DNA of 64,000 bases from Clostridia bacterium. Lineage in GTDB: Bacteria > Bacillota > Peptococcia > DRI-13 > UBA5745. Location: contig JAHDPO010000029.1 of assembly GCA_018434325.1 (NCBI GenBank), positions 22,784 to 86,783 on the forward strand, written 5' to 3'. The notes below the pieces were generated by a model that saw only the letters and a program-made list of their open reading frames with translations, made no database searches and had not been told where the DNA came from. Positions 37,320 through 47,263 of the stretch are shown here, piece by piece. How positions within the stretch are numbered: the first letter of the stretch is position 1; each line of letters begins with the position of its first letter. The translations under genes and the position numbers were made by a program.

Positions 37320-38795
37320 ATGAGAATCTCTAGGGAAGAAATGCTGGCGCCAACGGATTTGCCATTTGATAAGGTTCCTCCTTATCGGGTCAAAGTTGTA
37401 GAGTACACAGAACCCACCACCAGAGATCAGCGTAAACAACTGATTAAAGAGGTACAGTATTCGGCTTGCAACCTGCCGGCAAAATACGTGTATGTCAACA
37501 TGACCACCGACTCCGGTACCAGTGCCATGAGTGACCGTCAGTGGGCGGGCATGTGGCTGGGCGATGAATCTTATTTCAACTCCAAAAGCTGGGAACCTCT
37601 GAAAAAGGCGCTCCAGGAGTTTTCCGGCATGGAATATGCACTGCCTACCCATCAAGGCCGTTCTGGCGAGGCTATTTTGTATGAAGCCTTTGTTAAAGAA
37701 GGTGACATTGTGCCTTCCAACATGCACTTTACTACTACCCGGGCCCATTGCTACTACTACGGCGCTGAGCCCGTGGATATGACCTGCAAAGAATATTACG
37801 ATGAGCATGATCCCTCTTGGTTTAAAGGCAATATAGATGTCGAAGCTCTTAAGCAGCTCTTCATTGAAAAGGGCGATAAAATCGGCTTTGTCGAGCTGGT
37901 CGTCCCCAACAATCTCTGCGCCGGACAGCCTGTTTCTATGCAGAATATTAAAGAAGTCCGTGAAATCATCGACAAATATAAAAAGCGGGACGTCATCTTT
38001 TCCCTGGATATTGCCCGTATCTCGGAAAATGCCTGGATGATTAAGAAACATGAAGCCGGTTACGGCCATATGTCTTGCTTGCAGATTGTCCAGGAAATGA
38101 TGTCTTATGCCGACGTATCCCACATGAGCGCCAAAAAAGCCGCTTTGGTCAATATGGGCGGTTTCGTTACCGTAAGAGACCGTACAAACTATATGCGCTT
38201 ACAGCCGAAGCTGATCCGTTTAGACGGCTTTTTGACTTACGGCGGCCTGGCCGGCCGGGATTTGGAAGCCTTGGCTATCGGTTTAATGGAAGGCATCAAT
38301 GATTATTACCTGGAAGACAAGCAGCGCCAGAGTGACGTTTTTGCCAATGCCTGCAAGAAATTGGGCGTCGCTACCTATAATCCCGCCTGCACCTTGGGCG
38401 TTTGGATTTTAGCCGAGCATTGCCTGCCTCATATTCCCAAGCATCAGGGTCCTGGTACCGCTCTTGCCAGCCAGGCTTACATTGAAGGCGGCATCGGCCT
38501 CACCTCCATGGACTCCCTGCACCGGGGCCACTTGGATCCCGATGATCCCACCAACTATGCCAAGATTCAGTTAGCTCCTTTTGAACTGATCCGCTGCGCC
38601 TTCCCCCGCCGGGTCTACACCGATTCCCAATACGAATGGTGTGCGGAAGCTTTATACAAGGCTATGGAATGGGGCGATAAGGTACCCGGTTACCGCCGCT
38701 TTGATATGGGCGACGCCAGACCTCAATTAGAGGACAGAGACTTTGGCACCCATACCTTCTTTGACGAATTTGAGCCTTTGTTTGAGCATCCGTAA
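37320..38795 (+). CDS. PLP-dependent beta-eliminating lyase, tyrosine phenol-lyase/tryptophanase family, paralog 1
   Basis: Aligns by eye along its length to TPL/TnaA. Matching strings are TDSGTSAMSDRQWAGMWLGDESY (catalytic Tyr), THQGRSGE, NMHFTTTRAH, LDIARISENAW (PLP Asp), MSAKKA (PLP Lys) and IRCAFPRRVYT. ATG 37320 matches the paralog 2 N-terminus MRIS. Confidence 0.85.
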   Translation: MRISREEMLAPTDLPFDKVPPYRVKVVEYTEPTTRDQRKQLIKEVQYSACNLPAKYVYVNMTTDSGTSAMSDRQWAGMWLGDESYFNSKSWEPLKKALQEFSGMEYALPTHQGRSGEAILYEAFVKEGDIVPSNMHFTTTRAHCYYYGAEPVDMTCKEYYDEHDPSWFKGNIDVEALKQLFIEKGDKIGFVELVVPNNLCAGQPVSMQNIKEVREIIDKYKKRDVIFSLDIARISENAWMIKKHEAGYGHMSCLQIVQEMMSYADVSHMSAKKAALVNMGGFVTVRDRTNYMRLQPKLIRLDGFLTYGGLAGRDLEALAIGLMEGINDYYLEDKQRQSDVFANACKKLGVATYNPACTLGVWILAEHCLPHIPKHQGPGTALASQAYIEGGIGLTSMDSLHRGHLDPDDPTNYAKIQLAPFELIRCAFPRRVYTDSQYEWCAEALYKAMEWGDKVPGYRRFDMGDARPQLEDRDFGTHTFFDEFEPLFEHP

Positions 38796-38878
38796 AAACA
38801 AGAGGTCAACCCGGTAATGGATAATAAACAGACAGCAGCTAAAATAAATAGAAATAGCTATTGAGGAGGTAAGCGCAG

Positions 38879-40351
38879 ATGAGAATCAGCGATCAGGAAA
38901 TGATGGTAAAAACCGACTTGCCATTTCACAAAGCACCGCCTTACCGCACTAAGGTAGTGGAATATACTATTCCCACTACCCGCCAGCAGCGGCAAGAAAT
39001 CATGAAGAAACACGGCTATTCCGGCCGTTTGCTCCCTGCAAAATACGTTTTCATTAACATGGTCACCGACTCCGGTACCGGCGCCATGAGCGACCGTCAG
39101 TGGTCGGCCATGATGGAAGGCGACGAGTCCTACTTCTACTGCCGCAGCTATGAGTATTTTGAAGAGGTAGCCCAGAATTATACCGGCATGCCTTATATTC
39201 TGCCCTCTCACCAGGGCCGCAGCGCCGAAGCTCCCCTTTATGAATGCCTTGTGCAGCCGGGAGATAAAGTGCCTTCCAATACCCACTTTACCACCACCAG
39301 CGCCTGGAGCTTCCAGAGGGGCGCCGAGCCGGTAGACTTTGTGGAAGTTTCCTATTTTGATCCCAATGACACCACCAGCCAGTTTAAGGGCGGCATCGAT
39401 ACGGAAGCACTGGAACGCTACTTTGAGCTGCATGCCGAGAAGATTCCCCTGGTTGACCTGGTTGTTCCCAACAACCTCAACGGCGGCATGGGCGTATCCA
39501 TGAAAGACATTAAAGAGACCCGCCGCATTATTGACAAGTACAATAAAAGAGGCACCTTGCTTTGCCTGGATATTGCCCGCATCTCCGAAAACGCCTGGAT
39601 TATCAAAAACCACGAAGAAGGCTACAAAGATAAATCTTGCGCCGAGATTGTCAGGGAAATGCTTTCTTATGCCGATTGCTGCCATATGAGTTCTAAAAAA
39701 TGCGGCTTGGTCAACATGGGCGGCTTCTCAGCAGTCAGAGACAAGCAGCTTTGGTACCGCATGCAGCCTAAGGTTATCCGCACCGACGGCTACATCACCT
39801 ACGGCGGCATGAATGGCCGCGATCTGGAAGCTCTGGCCGTTGGATTAGTGGAAGGCGTCAACGACTACTATCTCCAGGATCGCCAGCGCCAGGTAGAGTA
39901 TTTTGCCAACGCCTGCAAAAAACGGGGCGTTCACATCTTGGAGCCCGCCTCCAGCTATGCCGTTTACATCAATGCCGGCAAATGCGTACCCCATTTAGAT
40001 CACACCCAGGGCCCCGCCACTTGCTTGTCTGCCCAGGCTTATATTGAAGGCGGCTTTGCCTCCACAGCCATGGACTCCCTGCAAAGAGGCCGGATCGATC
40101 CTGAAAATCCCTTGGATACCAGCAAGCGTATTAAGGCTCCTTATGAATTGATCCGTTGCGCCATTCCCCGCCGGGCCTATTTTGAGCCTCATTATGACTG
40201 GGCTGCCGAATGCTTGGCCAGAGCTATGGCCCATGGCACCAAGCTGCCGGCCTTCAAACCCATCGCCGACGACCGTCCTCCCTTAGAAATCAGCGAGATC
40301 GGTCTGCACACCTTCTTTGACGATTACGAACCCGTTACTCCCCTCCCTTGA
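38879..40351 (+). CDS. PLP-dependent beta-eliminating lyase, tyrosine phenol-lyase/tryptophanase family, paralog 2
   Basis: Roughly half of residues are identical to paralog 1 by eye, with the same motif set (GDESY, SHQGRSAE, HFTTTSAW, LDIARISENAW, MSSKKC, IRCAIPRRAY). Strong RBS GAGGAGG. Confidence 0.85.
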   Translation: MRISDQEMMVKTDLPFHKAPPYRTKVVEYTIPTTRQQRQEIMKKHGYSGRLLPAKYVFINMVTDSGTGAMSDRQWSAMMEGDESYFYCRSYEYFEEVAQNYTGMPYILPSHQGRSAEAPLYECLVQPGDKVPSNTHFTTTSAWSFQRGAEPVDFVEVSYFDPNDTTSQFKGGIDTEALERYFELHAEKIPLVDLVVPNNLNGGMGVSMKDIKETRRIIDKYNKRGTLLCLDIARISENAWIIKNHEEGYKDKSCAEIVREMLSYADCCHMSSKKCGLVNMGGFSAVRDKQLWYRMQPKVIRTDGYITYGGMNGRDLEALAVGLVEGVNDYYLQDRQRQVEYFANACKKRGVHILEPASSYAVYINAGKCVPHLDHTQGPATCLSAQAYIEGGFASTAMDSLQRGRIDPENPLDTSKRIKAPYELIRCAIPRRAYFEPHYDWAAECLARAMAHGTKLPAFKPIADDRPPLEISEIGLHTFFDDYEPVTPLP

Positions 40352-40398
40352 TTAAATATAAATAAGCAGCCATAAAACTTATATGGAAAAGCAAAAAA

Positions 40399-40436
40399 GA
40401 GGCATTATCCCGACAAGGGATAGCGCCTCTTTTTTA
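40399..40436 (+). terminator. Rho-independent terminator
   Basis: AGAGGC...GCGCCTCT stem followed by TTTTTT. Confidence 0.75.
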
Positions 40437-40527
40437 TAATATCCGCACCTCTTAAGCTTTTCCACATATTTTATAATGAGATGGGGATAGCCTTATGCTC
40501 TAAAACGAAAAAGGAAAGAACATCATC

Positions 40528-42309
40528 ATGAATATAATGAAAAATTTATCTGTCAGCAAAAAGCTGATCCTGGGTTTTGGGATTGTGCTGATTTTGCTGA
40601 TGGCGTCGGCGACTCTGTTTATGCTTAGCATCAGCAGCATGGACAGACAAGTGAAGCTGTATGAAAACTACACTGTGCCCAACGGCGAGCATATCAGGAC
40701 TATGCAAGTGAATTTGCAAAGTACTCTCAATAAGCTATTGGAAGCCCTGGTATCGGAAGAAGCCGGCTACACCCGGGAAGCCCTGGATTTATCCCAAGCC
40801 TATGGCAAGGCTACCGCCGAGGCCTTAGCCGCATTTAAAGATAACCAGCGCAACGAAGATAGAGAAGAGGAGCTTAAAAGGCTCAGCGATATCGTAGCCG
40901 CAGCTGCTGCCAAAAGGGGGGAGATCACCAAGCTTATTCCCCTGGGGACGGCAGAGGCTCATCGCCAAGCTCTTGACCTTTATTGGCAGGAATATCGGCC
41001 CAGAATAGACCAAGTCACGGAAATTCTGCTGGATTTCTCTGCCGCACAGAAAATGCAGGCTGATCAGCAAAGCATCGATGCGGAAGCCGCCATAAGGCTG
41101 GCCTGGATCAGGTTTATCTTTTGTACTGCAATATCCCTTTTGCTGACCGTCGCCGCAGTTATGGCTATCCGGCAATCCATTCTTAAGCCGGTAAAGGAGA
41201 TAGTCAATGCCTATGAAGAAATCTCTAAGGGCAACGTCAGGACGACTATTTCCTACGACAGCAAGGATGAAATGGGCCAAATGGCTAAATTGATTCGGGA
41301 ATCCAATAAAATGCAGGGTGCTTTTATTGACGATGTGATCGAAAAATTGACGAAGATATCCAATGGGGATCTGCAAATCCAGGTGGATTTGGATTACCCC
41401 AATGATTTCCTGGCCCTTAAAACTACCATTGAAAAAACCGTAGCCAATCTTAACCGGATTATGGCCAATATCAATACTGCCGCCGGACAAGTCAGCCTGG
41501 GAGCCAGCCAGGTTGCCGGCGGCGCTCAAGCCCTGGCAGCAGGATCTACCGAACAAGCCGCTTCTCTTGAGGAACTCCATGCTTCAGCCGGCGAGATAGC
41601 CAGGCAGGCTGAACAAAACCTGACCAATGTGGAAATGGCGGCCCAACACATGGAACAGGCCAGTGCCGGCGCCGCCACCGGCAACGAGCATATGCGGCAG
41701 CTCTCGGAAGCGATGGCGGATATTGATGCTTCCTCCAGGCAGATTGTCAGCATTACTAAAGTGATTGAGGATATTGCTTTTCAAACGAATATTCTGGCTC
41801 TGAATGCCGCCATTGAAGCCGCCCGGGCAGGCGCTGCCGGCAAAGGGTTTGCGGTAGTGGCTGACGAGGTCCGCAATTTGGCGGCCAAATCCGCGGAAGC
41901 TGCCCGTCAGACAGCGGGGCTGATCCAGAATTCCGTAGATAGCGTATCCAAGGGCACGCAAATAACGGAACAAACGGCCGCAATTCTGGGGGAGGTAGGA
42001 ATAAGCACACTGAAGGTGGCGGAAAGCTTTACGAAAATCGAGGAAGCCTCCGCCCGGCAGGTCAAGGCTATTGAGCAAATCAACGAGGGACTGTCTCAAG
42101 TTTCCGCGGTGGTGCAAACGAATGCCGCCACAGCGGAAGAAAACTCCGCCACCAGTGAGGAAATGTCGGCTCAGGCCACGGCTTTGCGGGAAGAAGTAGG
42201 CCGATTCAAGCTCAGCGCTGAGTTTGGCGATGAATTCAATAACGCAGGACAAAAGGATGACAGAGCCAAGGTCATTATGCAGTACAGCCGGCAGTCAGGG
42301 AAATACTGA
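40528..42309 (+). CDS. Methyl-accepting chemotaxis protein
   Basis: Two TM segments flank a ~170-aa sensor domain, followed by HAMP. Highly conserved signalling hairpin [20 protein letters not shown]. Confidence 0.92.
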   Translation: MNIMKNLSVSKKLILGFGIVLILLMASATLFMLSISSMDRQVKLYENYTVPNGEHIRTMQVNLQSTLNKLLEALVSEEAGYTREALDLSQAYGKATAEALAAFKDNQRNEDREEELKRLSDIVAAAAAKRGEITKLIPLGTAEAHRQALDLYWQEYRPRIDQVTEILLDFSAAQKMQADQQSIDAEAAIRLAWIRFIFCTAISLLLTVAAVMAIRQSILKPVKEIVNAYEEISKGNVRTTISYDSKDEMGQMAKLIRESNKMQGAFIDDVIEKLTKISNGDLQIQVDLDYPNDFLALKTTIEKTVANLNRIMANINTAAGQVSLGASQVAGGAQALAAGSTEQAASLEELHASAGEIARQAEQNLTNVEMAAQHMEQASAGAATGNEHMRQLSEAMADIDASSRQIVSITKVIEDIAFQTNILALNAAIEAARAGAAGKGFAVVADEVRNLAAKSAEAARQTAGLIQNSVDSVSKGTQITEQTAAILGEVGISTLKVAESFTKIEEASARQVKAIEQINEGLSQVSAVVQTNAATAEENSATSEEMSAQATALREEVGRFKLSAEFGDEFNNAGQKDDRAKVIMQYSRQSGKY

Positions 42310-42313
42310 GCGG

Positions 42314-43870
42314 TCAGACAACCTTTGTGGTCCATTTCTCACAATTCCAGACGTCGTTGACGATATCGGTATAGAACTCCGGTTCATGGCAGACCATCAG
42401 AATGCTGCCGTTATAAGCCTGGAGAGCTTCCTTCAGAGCATCCTTGGCGTCCACGTCAAGGTGATTGGTGGGCTCGTCCAGCAGCAGCACATTGGTGGGC
42501 CGGTTGACCAGCTTGCAAAGGCGCAGCTTGGCTTGCTCACCGCCGCTGAGGACCATGACCTTGCTCTCAATGTGCTTAGTGGTCAGGCCGCATTTGGCCA
42601 AAGCTCCCCGGATCTCCCCCTGGTTCCAATCGGGAAATTCTTCCCATAATTCTTCGATACAGGTCCTGGTATTGCCGTCGGCGCTCTCCTGCTCAAAATA
42701 GCCCTGGCTGAGGAATTCCCCTGTAATCACTGTGCCGGATAAGGCGGGGATCAGGCCGAGAATGCTTTTCATCAAGGTGGTTTTGCCGATGCCGTTAGCG
42801 CCGGTGAGGGCAATTTTCTGCTTGCGCTCCATAGAAAGGGAGAGGGGGCGGGAGAGAGGGCTGTCGTAGCCGATGATCAGATCCTTCGTTTCAAAAATTG
42901 TCCGGCCCGGTGAGCGATCCTCCTTAAACTGGAAAACCGGTTTAGGGTTTTCCTTGGCCAGCTCGATAATCTCCATTTTGTCCAGCTGCTTTTGGCGGGA
43001 CATGGCCATATTGCGGGTAGCGTACCGGGCCTTATTTTTCGCCACGAATTCCTTAAGGGATTCAATCTCCTGCTGCTGGCGTTTATAAGCAGACTCCAGC
43101 TGGCTTTTGCGGGCTTCATAGGCGGCCAGGAACTCGTCGTAATCGCCGACATAGCGGGTCAGCTCGCAGTTGTCCACATGGTAAATCAGATTGACCACGC
43201 TGTTGAGAAAGGGGATATCGTGGGAGATCAGCACGAAAGCATTCTCGTATTCCTGGAGATAACGCTTCAGCCAGACGATGTGCTCTTCGTCCAGGTAGTT
43301 GGTGGGCTCGTCCAGCAGCAAAATATCCGGTTTTTCCAGCAGCAGCTTGGCGATCAGCACTTTGGTACGCTGGCCGCCGCTTAGCTCCGTCACGTCTCTG
43401 TCTAAGCCGAGATCCGTAAGTCCCAAAGCTTTAGCCACTTCGCCTACTTTAGCGTCAATCATGTAAAAGTCGTTGTGGTTCAGCAGATCCTGGATTTCGC
43501 CGACCCGCTCCATGGCCTGATCCAGGGCGGCTTCGTCCAGATCGCCCATTTGCTCGTAGAGGGAGATCATCTCCTGCTCCTGAACGAAGAGATACTCAAA
43601 AGCCGAATCAAGGATATCCTTAATGGTTTTGCCCGGCTCCAGGGTGGTATGCTGATCCAGATAGCCTATCCGAATACGGCGGGCCCATTGGATGGTCCCC
43701 TCGTCAGGCTGAAGATTGTCGGTGACAATGTTGATAAAAGTAGATTTGCCTGCTCCGTTGGCGCCGATGAGGCCGATGTGTTCCCCTTTCAGCATGCGAA
43801 AGGAGATATTGTTGAAAATGGCCCGGTCGCCGAAGCCGTGGGTCAGGTTGGATACCGTAAGAATGCTCAT
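42314..43870 (-). CDS. ABC-F family ATPase (two ABC domains, no TM domain)
   Basis: Two Walker A motifs (GANGAGKST, GANGIGKTT) and two signatures (LSGGQRTK, LSGGEQAK). A charged inter-domain linker is present. 518 aa. Confidence 0.88.
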   Translation of the reverse strand: MSILTVSNLTHGFGDRAIFNNISFRMLKGEHIGLIGANGAGKSTFINIVTDNLQPDEGTIQWARRIRIGYLDQHTTLEPGKTIKDILDSAFEYLFVQEQEMISLYEQMGDLDEAALDQAMERVGEIQDLLNHNDFYMIDAKVGEVAKALGLTDLGLDRDVTELSGGQRTKVLIAKLLLEKPDILLLDEPTNYLDEEHIVWLKRYLQEYENAFVLISHDIPFLNSVVNLIYHVDNCELTRYVGDYDEFLAAYEARKSQLESAYKRQQQEIESLKEFVAKNKARYATRNMAMSRQKQLDKMEIIELAKENPKPVFQFKEDRSPGRTIFETKDLIIGYDSPLSRPLSLSMERKQKIALTGANGIGKTTLMKSILGLIPALSGTVITGEFLSQGYFEQESADGNTRTCIEELWEEFPDWNQGEIRGALAKCGLTTKHIESKVMVLSGGEQAKLRLCKLVNRPTNVLLLDEPTNHLDVDAKDALKEALQAYNGSILMVCHEPEFYTDIVNDVWNCEKWTTKVV

Positions 43871-43949
43871 GGTTGTGCGTAGTCCTTTTATAAATTTTTA
43901 GTAGGCTGGTAAGAAGATTCCTACATTGTACTTGATGCAGCTTTGGCTG

Positions 43950-45173
43950 TCAAATCATCCAAATTGGTACAATATAATTTTGGCGATCCACTGCGGATAA
44001 TTCCTCTCGCAGGCAGAGTATAGCACCTGTACCCCGGGGGAGGGAGGCGGCGTCCAAAACTTTAAAGGTGTTTGCTAATTCACTGCCGGGCCGGGTGGAT
44101 TTCTTGATTTCCAGCGGATGCAGCATTCCATCTGCTTCGATTACCGCATCGACCTCCTTGCTGTCCCGATCCCGGTAATAGTGCATCAGGCAGTCCCGGC
44201 CTGCATTGTTATAGCTTTTGCGGATTTCGGCAACGGCATAATTCTCCAGTATCGCCCCGTTCATGGCGCCGTTCATTAAAATTTCAGGACTGCTGTATTT
44301 TGTCAGGTAGGCCACCAGCCCCGTATCAAAAAAATACAGTTTGGGAGTTTTGATGGTTCGTTTCAATAGATTGTTGAAGTAAGGGCGGAGATAAAAAATT
44401 ACGTCCGATTTCTCCAGAATGGCCAGCCAGCGTTTGGCCGTATCGGCACTGCAGCCTACATCGGAGGCAATATCATGGATGTTTAGCATCTGCCCGCAGC
44501 GGCAAGCAGCGGCCCGGATAAAATCGACGAAGGCCAGCTTATTGATGCTCTCTACCATGTCGCTGATATCACGCTCAATATAGCTTTGAAGGTAGCTGCT
44601 GTAAAAGACTTCCCTGTTCGTATATTTGCCACTGGCCATACCTGGCATAGCGCCATTCCAAATTCGTTTATAGATTTCGGCTGCATTTGCCGGCGTGCCT
44701 CTTTTGGCTCTTTCCTGCAACGTAGATAGCTCCAAAGTAAAGGGGGTATTTTCACCGCTGCCGTATATCTCATGCTGAGATAAGGCTGTTAAATGGAAAA
44801 TGGCAATCCGTCCGGCCAGAGACTCCTGGGCCAGTTCCATAAGGCGAAAGGATTGAGAGCCGGTCAGCCAAAAAGAGCCGGGAGCAGCATGGCTGTCTAT
44901 CAATATTTTAATGTAGGAGAATAGCTCCGGCGCATATTGGACTTCATCGATCAAAACCGGCGCCGGATGTAAAGATAAAAACAATGCCGGATCTTCTTTA
45001 GCCAGCTTGCGCTCATCCAGGTCATCCAAGGTCACATAATTGCGGCTGTCATCCATGAGCTGCCGCAGCATGGTGGTTTTACCCACCTGCCGGGGGCCGG
45101 TAATTAAGAGTGCCGCATACTCTTTCGAGGTATCAAGGACCAGTGTTTCAATATCTCGCTTTATATAAGACAT
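43950..45173 (-). CDS. AAA-type ATPase with C-terminal DUF4143-like domain
   Basis: Walker A GPRQVGKTT. Walker B LIDEVQ. The C-terminal part resembles DUF4143. Confidence 0.75.
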   Translation of the reverse strand: MSYIKRDIETLVLDTSKEYAALLITGPRQVGKTTMLRQLMDDSRNYVTLDDLDERKLAKEDPALFLSLHPAPVLIDEVQYAPELFSYIKILIDSHAAPGSFWLTGSQSFRLMELAQESLAGRIAIFHLTALSQHEIYGSGENTPFTLELSTLQERAKRGTPANAAEIYKRIWNGAMPGMASGKYTNREVFYSSYLQSYIERDISDMVESINKLAFVDFIRAAACRCGQMLNIHDIASDVGCSADTAKRWLAILEKSDVIFYLRPYFNNLLKRTIKTPKLYFFDTGLVAYLTKYSSPEILMNGAMNGAILENYAVAEIRKSYNNAGRDCLMHYYRDRDSKEVDAVIEADGMLHPLEIKKSTRPGSELANTFKVLDAASLPRGTGAILCLREELSAVDRQNYIVPIWMI

Positions 45174-45382
45174 AAGGTCTGTTGCCCTCCTTTTCGGCAG
45201 ATAACCGATTTGAGCTTATATTAGCCGAAAACCCAGTATTTGTCAAGGAGGCATGCTTCTAATGCGGGGCATAGCTTCGGCCCCTGATTAGTGGAACTAA
45301 CCAGAGGCCGAAGTCAGTTGAAGTCAGGAGCTTGGCAAGAAACAGAGTAGTCTTATCTGTCCCGTGCCGGTTCTGCACCATT

Positions 45383-46354
45383 TTATTTTTTTGGGGTAAA
45401 CTCCACATTGCCGGAGGTAATAACCTCATGAGCTTCCGTCACAGCCACATAGCTGATGAACTCACCGGATTCCCGGACCAATTCCTCTACCAGCTTTGTC
45501 CCGGCTTCCAGGCCCAGCATGAAAAAGGCCGTGGAAAGAAAATCCGTGTAGGCGCCGTTGGAGGAGAGGATGGATACGCTCTGGAGGGTGAGAGGCTTAG
45601 GCTCCCCCGTAAAGGGATCCAGCAAGTGGTGGTAAATACGTCCGTCTTTGCGGAAGGAATGCTCATACCACGAGGAAGTGGCTATCCCCATATCCCGCAT
45701 GGAAACAGTACCTATATAGGTGTCCGTGTCTTCCGGGTCAATGAGGGCAATACGCCAGGGATTATCTGCCTCGCCGCCGCCTTCGCTGTCCTGCCGGCCG
45801 CCAATGAGGTACAGGTTGCCTCCAAAGTCGATTACGGCGTTTTGGATACCTTCCCGCTGCAGCAGGGAGGCGACCAATCCTAGGGCATAGCCTTTGCCGG
45901 AGGCTCCCGGATCAAGAACGATGCCCGGGACATCCAGCCGCACCGACGAGCGGGTGGCATCAAGATGGATATGTTCATAACCTACGCGCTTGCGGGCTTC
46001 GGCTATCTCCTCCTGTGAGGGCACCCGGGGATCGGCGGCCAGGAAATCCCACAGCCGGATCAGAGGGCCTACAGTAGGGTCAAAAGCGCCCTTGGTGCGG
46101 CGGCAGAACATCAGGTTTAAGGCCAGAAAATCCGCCAGCATGGGGGAAATGGGATAATCTCTGCCGGGAACATAGCCGGCGCAGAGGCGGGATAGCTCCG
46201 AGGCCGGGTCATACATGCTCAGGGTGGCTTCTACCTCCAGGGCCAGCTTCTGGCCCTGATCCAAAAGAGCATCGGCCTTTTCCCGGGTTTCGGCCTCCAG
46301 CCTGATCCGGCACAAGGTATCGTAGGCAAAGAACCTGCGCTCGCCTGCTATCAC
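45383..46354 (-). CDS. apbE: FAD:protein FMN transferase (ApbE family) without signal peptide or lipobox
   Basis: ApbE strings FGGNLYLIG, TSSWYEHSF..GRIYHHLLDPFTGEP and TDFLSTAFFMLG. The likely GTG start at 46354 overlaps the upstream stop (GTGA); the track ATG is at 46420. Confidence 0.85.
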   Translation of the reverse strand: MIAGERRFFAYDTLCRIRLEAETREKADALLDQGQKLALEVEATLSMYDPASELSRLCAGYVPGRDYPISPMLADFLALNLMFCRRTKGAFDPTVGPLIRLWDFLAADPRVPSQEEIAEARKRVGYEHIHLDATRSSVRLDVPGIVLDPGASGKGYALGLVASLLQREGIQNAVIDFGGNLYLIGGRQDSEGGGEADNPWRIALIDPEDTDTYIGTVSMRDMGIATSSWYEHSFRKDGRIYHHLLDPFTGEPKPLTLQSVSILSSNGAYTDFLSTAFFMLGLEAGTKLVEELVRESGEFISYVAVTEAHEVITSGNVEFTPKK

Positions 46355-47238
46355 GCCAGGCGCCCATCCTGCATGGCTTCTGTCCGGATACGCTCGGCCA
46401 GACGCAGATAGCGATCCCACTCGGCGGAATGCTTGCGTTTTTCGGTATCCACCGTCCAGGGCAAGCCGGAAATGTCGGTGAAGTTCTGGGTGAGCAGAAC
46501 CCGTTGCTCAAGGAGATCAAATACGGAATTAAAGCCGTCGGGATAGTCCGACTCGTAGGAAACGCTGTCGTACTTGCTCATACGGTAGTATTTTTTCAGC
46601 CGTTCATCGGTGATCTCTTCAGGGGTATCCGCAAGAATCTCATTATAGAAACAACGCAAAATGCGGCCGTTTTCCACAACAACCTGGAGCCAGGCCGTGA
46701 TGCCGTCTTCGTATCTTTCCGAAAGGCCATAGTAATACTTGTTATTGGGTCTATCCAGCAGCGCGCCGATCTTGGCTGCCAAGGGCAGCAGGGAACGCTT
46801 CACGCTGTTGGAAGCGCCGGTGGCCATATCAAAATCGCCGGTCAGCCGGTTTTCCCGCAGCATCTGCCCCTCCACAGTGGTAAAGCCGTTATCCAGCACA
46901 TGGAGGGTTTGGGCGGTGCGCTCCTTGGTAGCCTGGAAGAAGCAGTATTCGCTGCGCCGTTTGGACGTATTCTGATACATCCGGGCATAGTAGGCCGGCG
47001 AGGTGTATTCGTTGAATTCCACATGAACCAACCGTCCCTCGGCGCGCACCACTTCCAGAATACCGTGATAACCCGGATCCGTGGCAAAATGGGGGGCAAA
47101 GAAGTTTTCTTCACGGAAATAGTCGCCTTTAATGAGTCCGGCAGGGGGCTGCACGGTCCAAAAGAGCTTTTCCAGTACATTTACGGTACGCTCTACGCCT
47201 TCCAAAGGCTTTTTGCCAGTCCAAGTCTTGTTTTCCAT
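46351..47238 (-). CDS. Uncharacterized cytoplasmic protein with FMN_bind-like domain and candidate flavinylation motif (paralog P1)
   Basis: 295 aa with no signal peptide or TM segment. WTVQPPAGLIKGDYF box. GILEVVRAEGRLVHVEFNE followed by FDMATGASNSV (a D-x-x-[ST]-G-A-[ST]-like motif). Second GITAWLQVVVENGRILRCFYNEI module. Confidence 0.7.
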   Translation of the reverse strand: MENKTWTGKKPLEGVERTVNVLEKLFWTVQPPAGLIKGDYFREENFFAPHFATDPGYHGILEVVRAEGRLVHVEFNEYTSPAYYARMYQNTSKRRSEYCFFQATKERTAQTLHVLDNGFTTVEGQMLRENRLTGDFDMATGASNSVKRSLLPLAAKIGALLDRPNNKYYYGLSERYEDGITAWLQVVVENGRILRCFYNEILADTPEEITDERLKKYYRMSKYDSVSYESDYPDGFNSVFDLLEQRVLLTQNFTDISGLPWTVDTEKRKHSAEWDRYLRLAERIRTEAMQDGRLA

Positions 47239-47263
47239 CGATCAGTACGCTCCTTCACATCTG

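Noticed and set aside
37290-38123. 277-aa minus-strand ORF and its look-alike at 38858..39685, which resemble each other
   Set aside because: They are the antisense frames of the two paralogous lyase genes. Their mutual similarity only mirrors the sense-strand paralogy, and there is no RBS or independent signal.
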